DNA from: an uncultured bacterium
GTDB lineage: Bacteria; Armatimonadota; UBA5829
Length of the DNA: 64,000 nucleotides
NCBI GenBank assembly: GCA_938074205.1
Contig: CALJES010000012.1
Span: 342,840-406,839, forward strand
Direction: 5' to 3'
Both the position numbers and the translations under genes were made by a program. The notes under the pieces are model-generated. The model ran no database searches. It was not told the origin of the DNA and saw only the letters and a program-made list of their open reading frames with translations. Shown here one piece after another: positions 10,614-23,333 of this stretch (the first letter of the stretch is position 1; each line of letters opens with the position of its first letter).

Positions 10614-11000
10614 ATGGTTAAGGAGGGTGCAGTAAAAGCGACCACTATGAGTGGAGTGAGTCCGGAAGAGCCCTTATATATGATTGGCGTCGCAGCCAAA
10701 CTCTGCGATCTGCATCCGCAGACGCTGCGAATGTACGAGCGGCTCGGTCTCATACGTCCTGCTAGAGGAGCAAAAGGGAATCGCATGTATTCTCAGGCGG
10801 ATATAGAGCGTTTGCGTCAAATTCAGCGTCTTACGCAGGAGCTAGGCGTCAACTTGGCAGGTGTAGAAGTAATACTCAATCTCCTGGATAAGATGGAGAA
10901 AATGCGACAGGAAATGGAAGCTGAAATCCAGCGGATGCGCAGACTTGTGGAGGAACAGGCTCGGCGCTTGGAGAATTATTCAAATAGTAGCACCCGATAG
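10614..11000 (+). CDS. hspR: MerR-family heat shock repressor HspR
   Basis: 128 aa; MIGVAAKLCDLHPQTLRMYERLGLIRPARGAKGNRMYSQADIERLRQI matches HspR HTH; last gene of dnaK operon as in Streptomyces/Helicobacter; real start may be Met at residue 12. Confidence 0.8.
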   Translation: MVKEGAVKATTMSGVSPEEPLYMIGVAAKLCDLHPQTLRMYERLGLIRPARGAKGNRMYSQADIERLRQIQRLTQELGVNLAGVEVILNLLDKMEKMRQEMEAEIQRMRRLVEEQARRLENYSNSSTR

Positions 11001-11104
11001 ACAAAGGGACTTCGATAGTTCGCTAGCCTTGACAAAGGCGAGCGCGAGGAGGAGGTTCCTGCGGCGGAGGGTGGAGTATCAGTTACGGAAAAGGGGGTAG
11101 AGGT

Positions 11105-11311
11105 TTGCTGACAGGCGTCGTCAAGTGGTTCAATGATGCCAAGGGATACGGATTCATTTCCACCGACGAGGGGCAGGACGTGTTCGTGCACTACTCGGCC
11201 ATCGTCATGGAAGGCAGAAAGACGCTACGCGAGGGACAAAGGGTTGAATTTGAAATAACCGACGGCCCAAAAGGTCCGCAAGCTGCGAACGTCCAGCGAA
11301 TATCCGATTAG
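11105..11311 (+). CDS. cold-shock protein (CspA family, S1-like cold shock domain)
   Basis: 68 aa; [15 protein letters not shown]...VFVHYSAI motifs (RNP1/RNP2). Confidence 0.9.
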   Translation: MLTGVVKWFNDAKGYGFISTDEGQDVFVHYSAIVMEGRKTLREGQRVEFEITDGPKGPQAANVQRISD

Positions 11312-11351
11312 CTGTAATTCCTTGGGAATCAAAAGAAAATACAGAAATGCG

Positions 11352-11384
11352 CCCCGGAGCACATTTGCTTCCGGGGATTTTTTG
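11352..11384 (+). terminator. rho-independent terminator after csp (possibly bidirectional, convergent with GGDEF gene)
   Basis: stem CCCCGGA (11352-11358) / TCCGGGG (11370-11376) with 11-nt loop, followed by ATTTTTTG. Confidence 0.55.
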
Positions 11385-11407
11385 TCTGTGTCTGCCGTTG
11401 TTGGTTG

Positions 11408-13594
11408 CTACGCAGCAAGCTTGCTTCTTCTGCCGAAAAGAACGTCGTGCTCCAACATATCTCCGAGTTGCTCCGCGGGCACGGGGTATGCAATAAAGTA
11501 TCCTTGGATTTCGTCACAGCCCAATTTTCTCAGAAAATCGAGCTGTTCCATAGTCTCTACGCCTTCAGCTACCGCGCGAAGCCTCAATGAGTGAGCCATC
11601 GCGATAATTGCGCCGGTTATAGCGGCATCATTTGCATCACTGGTTATATCTTTGACGAACGACCTGTCTATCTTCACCACATCCATCGGCAGCTTTTTCA
11701 GATAGCCTAGAGACGAATAGCCGGTGCCAAAGTCGTCAATTGCTATACCTACTCCCAGATCCTTCAGTTCGCAAAGAACTCGTGCAGCTTCATCAGGAGA
11801 CTGGATCAATGTCTCCTCGGTGAGTTCCAATTCCAGAAATGAGGGATCCAACCCAGTCTCGTTCAAGATTTCTCTTACAACGCGTACGAGGTCCGATCTG
11901 TGGATGTCGTGGGCGGATATGTTTGCTGAGACTTTAATCGGTTCTTCTCGATTAACTTGCCATTTGGCAGCCTGTCGGCAGCAGTTGCTGAGGACCCACC
12001 TGCTTATAGGAATTATAATACCGGTCTCTTCGGCTAGATTTATGAATTGGGATGGATACAGAAGGCCTGATTGCGGATGTTGCCATCTGACAAGAGCTTC
12101 GGCAGCGACTATAGATCCGCTCTCGATATCTACTCGCGGTTGAAAGTGGAGCCGAAATTCATCCTTCTCAATGGCTTTTCGCAGGTCAAGTTCAAGTGTC
12201 ATTCTTCTGACAAGTTCCGTGTGCAAAGAAGGTGTATACATTCTATAGGTGTTCTTGCCAGCTTCTTTGGCTGTATACATAGCTGCATCTGCGTTTTTGA
12301 CAAGAGTTTCGACATCTGTTCCATGGTCAGGAAAAATACTTATGCCAATGCTTGCGGTTACATAGATTTCCCGATTTTCAATCAGGAAAGGTTTAGATAG
12401 TTCTACCAGGATGGCATCAGCTATTGAAATAGCTTGTTCCGCGTTCTGCAACCCTGTAAGCAGGATAGTAAATTCATCACCGCCCATGCGTGCCACAGTG
12501 CCTGTACCACCCAGTAGTGCCGAAAGACGATCAGCAACTGCTTTTATCAGCTTGTCGCCGGAGCTGTGTCCGAGGGAGTCGTTGATAAGCTTTAGCCGGT
12601 CGATGTCCAAGAACAAAACTGCGATTATAAGCCTCTCCTCGTGAGCCCGAGCTATTTCATGGTTTAGGCGATCACTAAAAACGAGCCTGTTCGGTAGACC
12701 TGTGAGATGATCTTTATAAGCGAGGCGCTTGAGCTTCTCTTGATATAGCTTGGTCTCGGTTATGTCCCGCACCATCTCGATTGCACCGGTAACGTTGCCA
12801 TCCGCATCGTAGATCGGTGAAGCCGTTGCGCAGACGTATTTTCCTTTGGGAGGCAAAAACGGTATAAATATTTCCGCCGTCAAGACACTCCCTGCCTGCC
12901 TCAAATCCCGATACTCGTATTTATCCAAGACACTCGGGTCTAAAACTGCGTTTGCCAGCACAGGTCTCCTTTCACCGTAGAAAGGAACTGCGGACTCATA
13001 AGAATTTTTACCCAGCATCTCGCAGGCAGGGATGCCGGTCAGCTCTTCAGCCGCGCGGTTCCAAGCCACAACTTTGCCCTCTTTGTCGATCACCATCACG
13101 GCGTGCGGGAGAAAGTCAATTATGTCTGCCAGCATTCTCTGGGAATTAAGGTTCGTCTTCTCAGCTTTTCTGCGAAGACCTATTTCTCGCTTGAGCCGGT
13201 CGCTTAATTTCCGTACTCTGTCTTGGACCATTTCTAGTTGATGTTGCATAGATAACAATTCGCTGGAATTGGCAACCCCCTCCGGGGGTCCACCAGACGA
13301 AAATTGAGACTTTTTGCGTCTGTGGCCGGTGCGCTGTTCGTCGGCTTTGTCGCTCGCAGTAGAAAGCAACTGTTCTCTGAGGGATTCGATGGCTCGACCG
13401 CTGTACCTACCGATTGCCCATGCGAACACAGCCATAAGACACGCAGCGAACGCTCCGACAATAAGTGCGTTATTACTGCTAGCTCGATGATTCCAAATTG
13501 CTATGAGTGTAGGAACCAAACCCGTGGCGAAAACAAGTAGCGAGAGGCGTGTTCCAAATCGTCGAGGGACTAGCCAGGCAAAAAACTTTCGCAT
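11408..13594 (-). CDS. membrane-anchored PAS-GGDEF-EAL c-di-GMP signalling protein
   Basis: 728 aa; 2 N-terminal TM helices, PAS domain, RMGGDEFTILL diguanylate cyclase motif, EALVRW...DDFGTGYSSL EAL phosphodiesterase motifs. Confidence 0.9.
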   Translation of the reverse strand: MRKFFAWLVPRRFGTRLSLLVFATGLVPTLIAIWNHRASSNNALIVGAFAACLMAVFAWAIGRYSGRAIESLREQLLSTASDKADEQRTGHRRKKSQFSSGGPPEGVANSSELLSMQHQLEMVQDRVRKLSDRLKREIGLRRKAEKTNLNSQRMLADIIDFLPHAVMVIDKEGKVVAWNRAAEELTGIPACEMLGKNSYESAVPFYGERRPVLANAVLDPSVLDKYEYRDLRQAGSVLTAEIFIPFLPPKGKYVCATASPIYDADGNVTGAIEMVRDITETKLYQEKLKRLAYKDHLTGLPNRLVFSDRLNHEIARAHEERLIIAVLFLDIDRLKLINDSLGHSSGDKLIKAVADRLSALLGGTGTVARMGGDEFTILLTGLQNAEQAISIADAILVELSKPFLIENREIYVTASIGISIFPDHGTDVETLVKNADAAMYTAKEAGKNTYRMYTPSLHTELVRRMTLELDLRKAIEKDEFRLHFQPRVDIESGSIVAAEALVRWQHPQSGLLYPSQFINLAEETGIIIPISRWVLSNCCRQAAKWQVNREEPIKVSANISAHDIHRSDLVRVVREILNETGLDPSFLELELTEETLIQSPDEAARVLCELKDLGVGIAIDDFGTGYSSLGYLKKLPMDVVKIDRSFVKDITSDANDAAITGAIIAMAHSLRLRAVAEGVETMEQLDFLRKLGCDEIQGYFIAYPVPAEQLGDMLEHDVLFGRRSKLAA

Positions 13595-13819
13595 TAGCTG
13601 GTCCTTTCCAACAGGTAGATCGCAGCGAACTAGTCGATGGGAGCGATCAATCTGAATAGCCTTGAACTTACGCCACTATTATTGGCATCTTCGAAGACTT
13701 CTTGAGGTATGGTGAGAGCGGAGGTGCGAAGCTATGAGTGAGTAATCAGACAAACCTGAGATGTTCTTTCTGCCTAGTTGGCACTTTTGACCGCGCGTGT
13801 TTTCCTCCATTACCACGTC

Positions 13820-14551
13820 TTACACACTGCGCGCCAGTGCGTAGACATACACCGATGCTGCTCCAGCCCAGCGCAGAGCTTTCGCAACTTCGTTAGCAGT
13901 AGCTCCTGTGGTGAAAACGTCGTCGATCAAGAGAACCTTTTTTCCCCAAACATCCCGTGTGTGCGTTACTACGAAGGCTCCTTGGAGATTGAGTGACCTC
14001 TGAGATTCCGGCAGCCCGACTTGATCTAAAGTTTTCTTTTCCTTTTTCATTAACCTCTCATCAAATGGAAATCTGAGTGCGGCTGCAATTCTTAGTGCGA
14101 GCTCGCCGGATTGGTTGAATCCGCGTTCTAAGAACCGATCTCGGTGTATGGGCACCGGTACTACCAAATCCGGTTTGAGCCCAGGGTAAAGCCGAGGAAA
14201 TTCACGCACCATAAGTTGCGCAAGGGGTTCTGTCATTGCTGTTTGCAGGTCGTATTTGAATGCGTGGATCGCGTCGCGCAACACGCCGTCATAGATGCCC
14301 ACGCAGCGCGCCTGTACAAAGTGATAGTTTCGGCCACTGCACTCGCAATGTGAGCCTTGTGAATCTGTCCGCGGGATTCCGCACCTGCTGCAATAAGGAT
14401 ATTCTATTATTTCAATGCGATTGGCGCATTCGGTGCATAAGTACTGGTCACCAGGTTTGCCGCAGACAAGGCAAAAAGGGGGATACACTATATCAAGCAG
14501 GCCTTCCCAAAACTGTTCAAAAAAGCAAGATACGCGCGACAGCAGCAGCAT
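13820..14551 (-). CDS. comF: ComF family protein (phosphoribosyltransferase domain with N-terminal zinc ribbon)
   Basis: 243 aa; CLVCG...CTECA...CSRCG Cys cluster then PRTase-type VLLIDDVFTTGAT motif. Confidence 0.75.
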   Translation of the reverse strand: MLLLSRVSCFFEQFWEGLLDIVYPPFCLVCGKPGDQYLCTECANRIEIIEYPYCSRCGIPRTDSQGSHCECSGRNYHFVQARCVGIYDGVLRDAIHAFKYDLQTAMTEPLAQLMVREFPRLYPGLKPDLVVPVPIHRDRFLERGFNQSGELALRIAAALRFPFDERLMKKEKKTLDQVGLPESQRSLNLQGAFVVTHTRDVWGKKVLLIDDVFTTGATANEVAKALRWAGAASVYVYALARSV

Positions 14552-15484
14552 CTACTCCACCGGTTCGAAGTGGACGATTCGCCGAAACTCTTCGTAGCGG
14601 TTGTTGATATCGTTCATCGTCAACGTGCGAAGCCGATTTAGGCTGAAGTCTTGCACATTGAAAGATGCCAATGTGCTGCCGTATACAACAGCTCGTCGTA
14701 GATGATCGCGGTCAATGACACCTGCCTGCGCCATATAACCCATGAAACCGCCTGCAAACGTATCACCTGCGCCAGTCGGATCTACAACTTCGTAGAGCGG
14801 GTAGGGGGCTGCCATAAAGCACAGGTCTGAATCGCAATAGAGGACAGCTCCATGTTCGCCCTTCTTAATAACTACGTAATTTGGTCCTAGCTTGTGAATT
14901 TCATGTGCGGCGCGGTTCAAATTTGTCTGCCCTGTAAGCAGCCGTGCTTCAGCGTCGTTCATAAACGCTACGTCTACCTTTCGCAGCACGTTCAGCAGCG
15001 ATGGGTGCTTTCGCTCAATCCAGAAATTCATGGTGTCGCAGGCAACTAGCTGTGGTGAGTCAATTTGATCGAGCACTTCAAGCTGTAAATCGGGATCGAT
15101 GTTGGCTAGGAACACGTATTTTGATAACCTGTATTCGGAGGGTAACTCTGGTTTGAAGTTTTCGAAGACGTTTAACTCCGTTTTGATTGTCTGTGCGTTA
15201 TTCAGATCGTCTAGATAGGCTCCTTGCCAATGGAACGTCTTCTTTCCTTTTGCCACTTGTAGTCCACTCGTATCAATTCCGCGCGAGATCAGAAATGCCA
15301 AGTGCTCCTCTGGAAAGTCGTCTCCGACAACTCCTACTATGCGAACCGCTGCAAAGAAGCTCGCCGCAACTGCAGAATATACTGCTGCTCCGCCAAGTGC
15401 CCGCTCAACCTTGCCCGTTGGGGTTTCTACTGAGTCTAGCGCTACGCTTCCGACAATCAACACAGAGTTGTCCCCACGTGCCAA
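14552..15484 (-). CDS. PfkB family carbohydrate/nucleoside kinase
   Basis: 310 aa; ribokinase-like fold motifs GGAAVYSAVAA and DPTGAGDTFAGGF; abuts comF start (operon). Confidence 0.85.
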   Translation of the reverse strand: MARGDNSVLIVGSVALDSVETPTGKVERALGGAAVYSAVAASFFAAVRIVGVVGDDFPEEHLAFLISRGIDTSGLQVAKGKKTFHWQGAYLDDLNNAQTIKTELNVFENFKPELPSEYRLSKYVFLANIDPDLQLEVLDQIDSPQLVACDTMNFWIERKHPSLLNVLRKVDVAFMNDAEARLLTGQTNLNRAAHEIHKLGPNYVVIKKGEHGAVLYCDSDLCFMAAPYPLYEVVDPTGAGDTFAGGFMGYMAQAGVIDRDHLRRAVVYGSTLASFNVQDFSLNRLRTLTMNDINNRYEEFRRIVHFEPVE

Positions 15485-15590
15485 ACCTACAACCTCCGTT
15501 GCGCTACAAACAGCATTGTCCTAAAGTGTTTTGCCTGAGTGTTACTTGGTACCAATGCTAACAATGCTAATAATCCAAATAATCAATGAG

Positions 15591-17683
<2,093 letters not shown>

Positions 17684-17772
17684 TTAAGGCGATGAGCTCT
17701 GCCAATGGTGCTCAGGAGCAATTCCCACCCTCCAGTGGTCCGATTAGTTTTGCTTGATAATACAATTGACTA

Positions 17773-18843
17773 TCAAGAACAGGAGTTTGCATTCGTTCGC
17801 CGCACGGGGTCGACGATAACTCCATCGAAAACTGCAGCCGATGACTTGACACTACAGTTCTGAGCTACCACGCAGCGCTCCAACATAGTGCCGCGCATAA
17901 CGCATGCACCATGCCATAGAATGCTCTGCTTAACTACGGCGCCTTCTTCCAACACGCAGTTGTCCGCCAAGACGGAGTACTCCAGCAACCGCGCGCCTTT
18001 TTCGATCCTGCAGTTATTGCCGATGACAACAGGATAGCCGATTTCTGCGCTGGGGTCAATTTCGACGTTTTCCCCCATCCACACGTACTTGCGCACTTCG
18101 GGCACTGGTATCTTGATGTCGACGCGACCGTTCATCGCATCGATATGAGCTTCGCGATACTTGCGAAGGTTGCCAACGTCTTTCCAGTAACTGGAGGTAA
18201 GGTATCCGAAAAATCTTTTTCTTTGCTCCAAGAGCATGGGGAATAGATCATTGCCGAAGCCATAGTGCACGCCCTTGGGTATCAGCTCGAATATCTCTCG
18301 GCTGAACACATAAACGCCGGTATTCGCTGAATTGGAGAATATGACTTCTCCCTTCGGTTTCTCAAGAAACCTGGTGATTCGTCCGCGCTCGTTCAAGAGA
18401 GCTATTCCGTATTCCGAGGGGTCATCAACCAGCGACAGAGCTATTGTAGCTATTGCTTTCTTTTCTTTGTGAAACTGGACCAAGCGGGTGATATCCATAT
18501 CAACCAAATCGTCGCCGCCGACAACCAGGAAAGTATCTTCGTCGAAAAAGTCTTCACATCGCTTCACACTTCCGGCATCTCCCCACAGTCGGTCCTCGGG
18601 TGAGTAGTGGATTCGTACTCCCCAGCGCTCGCCGCTGCCAAAATGGGCTTCAATCTGATCCCCAAGGTAGTGCAGGTTCACGATAATATCCTTAATCCCG
18701 TTCCTGGCGAGCATCTCGACTATATGCTCCATGACGGGCTTGTTAACTATAGGAACCATGGGCTTAGGGATATTCCTGGTGAGCGGGTCTAATCTCGATC
18801 CAACACCGGCGGCCAATATCATCGCTTTCATAGTGTGTCGCAC
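17773..18843 (-). CDS. sugar-1-phosphate nucleotidyltransferase (mannose-1-P guanylyl / glucose-1-P thymidylyl transferase-like) with C-terminal left-handed beta-helix
   Basis: 356 aa; MKAMILAAGVGSRLDPLTRNIPKPMVPI NTP-transferase motif; hexapeptide repeats at C-terminus. Confidence 0.85.
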   Translation of the reverse strand: MRHTMKAMILAAGVGSRLDPLTRNIPKPMVPIVNKPVMEHIVEMLARNGIKDIIVNLHYLGDQIEAHFGSGERWGVRIHYSPEDRLWGDAGSVKRCEDFFDEDTFLVVGGDDLVDMDITRLVQFHKEKKAIATIALSLVDDPSEYGIALLNERGRITRFLEKPKGEVIFSNSANTGVYVFSREIFELIPKGVHYGFGNDLFPMLLEQRKRFFGYLTSSYWKDVGNLRKYREAHIDAMNGRVDIKIPVPEVRKYVWMGENVEIDPSAEIGYPVVIGNNCRIEKGARLLEYSVLADNCVLEEGAVVKQSILWHGACVMRGTMLERCVVAQNCSVKSSAAVFDGVIVDPVRRTNANSCS

Positions 18844-18866
18844 CTAACAGTAGTCTGTTTTGTTTT

Positions 18867-19979
18867 CTAGCTGCTCAACTCTTGCACACACTTCCTCACT
18901 GCTTCGACGACTTGCTCTCGTTGCGAGCTGGTAAGCTCAGGGAAGACAGGCAAACTGAGCACTTCCTTGGCTGCCCTTTCGGCCTCGGGAAAGTCTCCTT
19001 CTTTGTATCCCAGTTGGGCATAGGCCTTTTGTACGTGTAATGGGCTGGGGTAAAACACCGCAGATCCGATATCCATTTCAGCAAGTTTTGCTTTAAGTTC
19101 GTCGCGCTTCGGAAAACGGATCGTGAATTGGTGATACGTGTGGTAATTGTCGGAATTTGCCACCGGAAGCTGTAGAGGTAGATCCCTTAGCGCCTCTAAG
19201 TAGTACGTCGCATTTGCAATACGTGCAGCATTCCAGGACTCGAGATACTTCAGCTTCACACGTAGTATTGCCGCTTGTATCTCGTCCAATCTGCTGCAAT
19301 AGCCAACGTATTGGTACGAATAAGCTGAATCCTGACCGTGGAAGCGCAGTGACTTCGCACGTGCGCACAACTCGGGGTCATTTGTTAGTACCATACCTCC
19401 GTCTCCGCATGCGCCGAGGTTTTTCGTCGGATAAAAGCTCAAGGTCACCGCGTCTCCAAAAGCACCTATGCCCTTGCCTTTGTGCTTTGAGCCTATGGCC
19501 TGTGCACCGTCTGCGATTAGCTTCAGGCCGTACCTTTTCGCCACTTGTTCCAGGCGTTCTACCTGAGCGCACTGCCCATAAAGGTGCACGGGCAGAATAG
19601 CTTTCGTGCGTTCCGTTATCGCTTGTTCTACAAGGTCGGCATTAAGGTTGAAGTCTCGGGGATCTATGTCCACATAAACAGGCTTTGCACCAACAATCAT
19701 TATCGCTTCTGTAGTAGCGACGAACGTGAACGGCGTGGTAATGACTTCGTCTCCCGGTCCGACTCCCGCTGCTGCCAGTGCAATAACTATTGCGTCCGTA
19801 CCTGAGTTCACTGCAACTCCGAACCGCGAATTACAAACGGCGGGTACTTCCTCTTCCAAAGCGCTGACGTTCGGTCCCAGAATAAATTGTCCGCTTTCAA
19901 GAACTGAATCGATCGCGGATGCAATCTCATCCCTGAGCGCATCAGTCTGCGCTTTGGGATTTGCCATAGGAACAACCAA
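18867..19979 (-). CDS. DegT/DnrJ/EryC1/StrS family PLP-dependent sugar aminotransferase
   Basis: 370 aa; characteristic N-terminal and PLP-lysine region (SFYPTKNLGACGDGG). Confidence 0.9.
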   Translation of the reverse strand: MVVPMANPKAQTDALRDEIASAIDSVLESGQFILGPNVSALEEEVPAVCNSRFGVAVNSGTDAIVIALAAAGVGPGDEVITTPFTFVATTEAIMIVGAKPVYVDIDPRDFNLNADLVEQAITERTKAILPVHLYGQCAQVERLEQVAKRYGLKLIADGAQAIGSKHKGKGIGAFGDAVTLSFYPTKNLGACGDGGMVLTNDPELCARAKSLRFHGQDSAYSYQYVGYCSRLDEIQAAILRVKLKYLESWNAARIANATYYLEALRDLPLQLPVANSDNYHTYHQFTIRFPKRDELKAKLAEMDIGSAVFYPSPLHVQKAYAQLGYKEGDFPEAERAAKEVLSLPVFPELTSSQREQVVEAVRKCVQELSS

Positions 19980-20363
19980 TGGTGTTACTCCTTTTTTAGT
20001 TGATCTTCAAATTGAAATACCGCGCAGTATTATGCTGTCTTTCGAAGGTATCTGTCAAATGGGCTGATTTCGCTAGTCTAGACTATGTGTGAATGGTCAT
20101 CTCTTGAAAGAAGCAACGCACTCTCTGGGCAGCAACATAAAGAGGTAAGTATAGTGTTTTGCGAAAGCTATTTTGCAACAACTAGGCTTGAAGGAAGAAG
20201 TTCTGGAATTTTGAGCGGTCAAGTTTTAGGAGTGGTGACGGTTTGGGAAACGGTGCGAATCGAGATTGCTCTTAAGGCTTCGGAGTAGAGCATGTCAACC
20301 AGGATTTTGCTGTTTCTCGTGATGCGTTTGCCAAAGCTCGGGAGTCTATTGTAAGCTATCAAT

Positions 20364-21599
20364 ATGGACTGGCAGAAGAGACGTTGGACGGTTCTAGCAG
20401 GTTGTATATTAGCAAATTTAGCAAGCGGTGCTCCTTATGCCACAAGCATATTTAAGAAGCACATTGTGGCCCTGTGGGGAATGACGAACGAGCAGTGGGC
20501 TGTGGTATTCTCCATGATGCTGATATTGTGGCCTATGGGCATGCTGTTATCCGCCAGGTGGGTGGATAAGGGTGGTGCGCGAATTTTGGTGGTTTGTGGC
20601 GGGTTTTTGCTTGGCCTTGGGTTCTTTTTAGCCGGGTCTACTAGGTCGTTTTCCTTGCTTTGCTTAAGTTTTTCCTTGGCATCTCTGGGAATAGGCTTTT
20701 CGTACGGAGCGGCTGTTGCACTTTCCGTGAAGTGGTTTCCTGAAAGGCGAGGGTTGGCTTCCGGTTTGACGGTTGGAGCACTCGGTTTCGGGACTGCGAT
20801 TATTTCCGCAGTTGGGCAGTGGCTGTTAGAATCTAGAGGGATTGCTGTTGCATCCGTGCTGCAGATATTTGGTGTAGCCTTTTTTCTCCTGCTGATTGCA
20901 GCGGCATGCGCGGTTGCCAATCCGCCTGCAAAATTATCGGGTTTGGTATCCAACTATGGCAGCCGTGATGTGTCGTGGAATGAAATGATTCTGCGGGGTC
21001 GGTTTTGGTTGCTATACTTGCTTTATGTGTGCGGAACTTTCTCAGGACTTATGGTAATTAGCCAAGCGGCTCCAATTGCAATCGAGATGGCTCGAATGAG
21101 CCCAACGGCTGCTGCGGGTGTGGTTTCCGTGATGGGTCTGGCAAATGCAGCTGGGCGCTTTGTGTGGGGAGCTGCATCCGACAAACTTGGGCGTTTTACC
21201 GTACTAACGTTACTTTTTGCAATAACAGCGTCTTTAGTGGCTGGTCTGCCAGCTCTTGGGCGCGAAAGCGCTATATTGGCTGCCGCACTTTTTGTTCTCG
21301 CGCTTTGCTTTGGAGGTTTTTTAGGAACGTTTCCTTCGATTTGTGCCGATTATTTCGGAGCAAAGAATGCGGCTGTCAACTACGCTTTGCTATTTACTGC
21401 GTTTGGAATATCAGGGGTGCTGGGACCGAGAGTGGGGGCAATGTTTGGTACAACTCCTGCCGCATTTGCTCGGGCCTTCCAAGTAGCAGCGGGTGTTGCA
21501 GGAGCCGGTCTCGTTCTTGCTGTTTTTCTGCGGCTGGCTGAGCTGAGGTCCAATAGATTTAGACTTAGTATATCCCAGCTCGAAAGGAGTGAGGTATAG
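20364..21599 (+). CDS. MFS transporter (oxalate/formate antiporter-like)
   Basis: 411 aa; 12 predicted TM helices, MFS loop motifs. Confidence 0.8.
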   Translation: MDWQKRRWTVLAGCILANLASGAPYATSIFKKHIVALWGMTNEQWAVVFSMMLILWPMGMLLSARWVDKGGARILVVCGGFLLGLGFFLAGSTRSFSLLCLSFSLASLGIGFSYGAAVALSVKWFPERRGLASGLTVGALGFGTAIISAVGQWLLESRGIAVASVLQIFGVAFFLLLIAAACAVANPPAKLSGLVSNYGSRDVSWNEMILRGRFWLLYLLYVCGTFSGLMVISQAAPIAIEMARMSPTAAAGVVSVMGLANAAGRFVWGAASDKLGRFTVLTLLFAITASLVAGLPALGRESAILAAALFVLALCFGGFLGTFPSICADYFGAKNAAVNYALLFTAFGISGVLGPRVGAMFGTTPAAFARAFQVAAGVAGAGLVLAVFLRLAELRSNRFRLSISQLERSEV

Positions 21600-21604
21600 C
21601 TTCT

Positions 21605-23287
21605 GTGGAGAGCACGCAGACTTCTACGGATTTCATCCGCGAGATCATAAGGCAAGATCTCGCTGAGGGTAGGTTTGATAGGGTTCATACGCGTTTTCCA
21701 CCGGAGCCGAACGCGTACCTACATCTCGGCCACGCGAAGGCTATTTGGATAAACTACAGTATAGCCCAGGAATTCGGTGGCCTATTCAACCTTCGCTTTG
21801 ACGATACCAATCCTTTAACAGAGGAGAAAGAGTTCGTTGATGCAATAATTGAGGACGTCCGGTGGCTGGGAGTCGACTTTGGTGACCGAGTGTTTTTCGG
21901 CTCAGACTACTTTGAGCAGCAGTATCAATGGGCCATAGAGCTTATCAAAAAAGGCAAGGCGTACGTATGCGATCTGTCTCCTGAAGAAGTCGCCGCAACT
22001 CGTGGAACACCCACGCAGCCGGGCATAGAGAGCCCATATCGAAACAGAAGCGTTGAGGAAAACTTAGACCTATTTCAACGTATGCGAGCGGGCGAGTTTC
22101 CAGACGGCTCGCGCACCCTTCGAGCAAAGATAGACATGGCCTCACCCAATCTGCTGATGCGCGACCCAGTAATGTATAGGATCCGCCATGCAGAGCACCA
22201 TCGACAAGGAAACAAGTGGTGCATCTATCCGATGTACGACTGGGCACATCCTCTGCAGGACTCCATCGAGGGTATTACGCATTCGCTGTGCTCTTTGGAG
22301 TATGAGAACCATCGTCCGCTCTACGACTGGTTCTTGGATGAGCTAGGGATATACCACCCTCGTCAGATAGAATTTGCTCGTCTAAATATGACATACACGG
22401 TTATGAGCAAGCGGCGATTCATTGATCTTGTAGAAGGCGGATACGTGAGGGGTTTCGACGATCCGCGGCTTCCGACGATTGCCGGCTTGCGCCGTCGAGG
22501 TTATACGCCTGAAGCGATTCGCGAGTTCTGCTCCCGCATCGGAGTGGCAAAAGCCTACAACGTGGTAGATATCGCCGTATTGGAAGACTGCATCCGCGAT
22601 GATCTCAACAAACGTGCCGAACGGCGAATGGCGGTGTTAAACCCACTGAAGGTTGTTATAATCAACTATCCGGAGGGCAAGACAGAGGAATTCGATGCTG
22701 TCAACAATCCAGAGGATCCTTCTGCAGGAACTAGGAAGGTGCCCTTCTGCCGTGAGCTGTACATAGAGCAGGACGACTTCCGTGAGATTCCGCCGCCGAA
22801 GTATTATAGACTGGCTCCTGGTCGAGAAGTCCGGTTGAGATATGCATACTTCATAAAGTGCGTGGATGTTGTCAAGGATGCTGAGGGCAACGTCGTCGAA
22901 CTTCGGTGCACTTACGATCCAGCAACACGCGGCGGCGATGCTCCCGACGGCCGCAAGGTGAAAGCGACGCTACATTGGGTGTCTGCAAGGCACGCGGTGG
23001 AAGCGGAGGCAAGACTATACGACCACCTGTTTGTCAAACCGGATCCTGAGGAGGTAGAACCAGGCGGCAGTTTCTTAGATAACCTCAACCCGAATTCTCT
23101 TCAAATTATACGGTGTTTTGTAGAACCAAGTGTGATTGGAAGTGAAGTCGGAACCCGATACCAGTTCGAGCGGCTTGGCTACTTCTGTGTGGATCCCGAT
23201 TCGACGCCTTCAAGACTCGTTTTTAACCGCACGGTGACTCTTCGCGATACGTGGGCAAAGGTGGAGAGGACTCTGGGTATTCGCTGA
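21605..23287 (+). CDS. glnS: glutaminyl-tRNA synthetase
   Basis: 560 aa; class I HIGH motif ([13 protein letters not shown]), VMSKR, GlnRS anticodon-binding C-terminal domain. Confidence 0.93.
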   Translation: MESTQTSTDFIREIIRQDLAEGRFDRVHTRFPPEPNAYLHLGHAKAIWINYSIAQEFGGLFNLRFDDTNPLTEEKEFVDAIIEDVRWLGVDFGDRVFFGSDYFEQQYQWAIELIKKGKAYVCDLSPEEVAATRGTPTQPGIESPYRNRSVEENLDLFQRMRAGEFPDGSRTLRAKIDMASPNLLMRDPVMYRIRHAEHHRQGNKWCIYPMYDWAHPLQDSIEGITHSLCSLEYENHRPLYDWFLDELGIYHPRQIEFARLNMTYTVMSKRRFIDLVEGGYVRGFDDPRLPTIAGLRRRGYTPEAIREFCSRIGVAKAYNVVDIAVLEDCIRDDLNKRAERRMAVLNPLKVVIINYPEGKTEEFDAVNNPEDPSAGTRKVPFCRELYIEQDDFREIPPPKYYRLAPGREVRLRYAYFIKCVDVVKDAEGNVVELRCTYDPATRGGDAPDGRKVKATLHWVSARHAVEAEARLYDHLFVKPDPEEVEPGGSFLDNLNPNSLQIIRCFVEPSVIGSEVGTRYQFERLGYFCVDPDSTPSRLVFNRTVTLRDTWAKVERTLGIR

Positions 23288-23333
23288 GAAGTTGCTCAGC
23301 GGTTAGTGAGCTACATTTCGTGAAACGAAAGCC

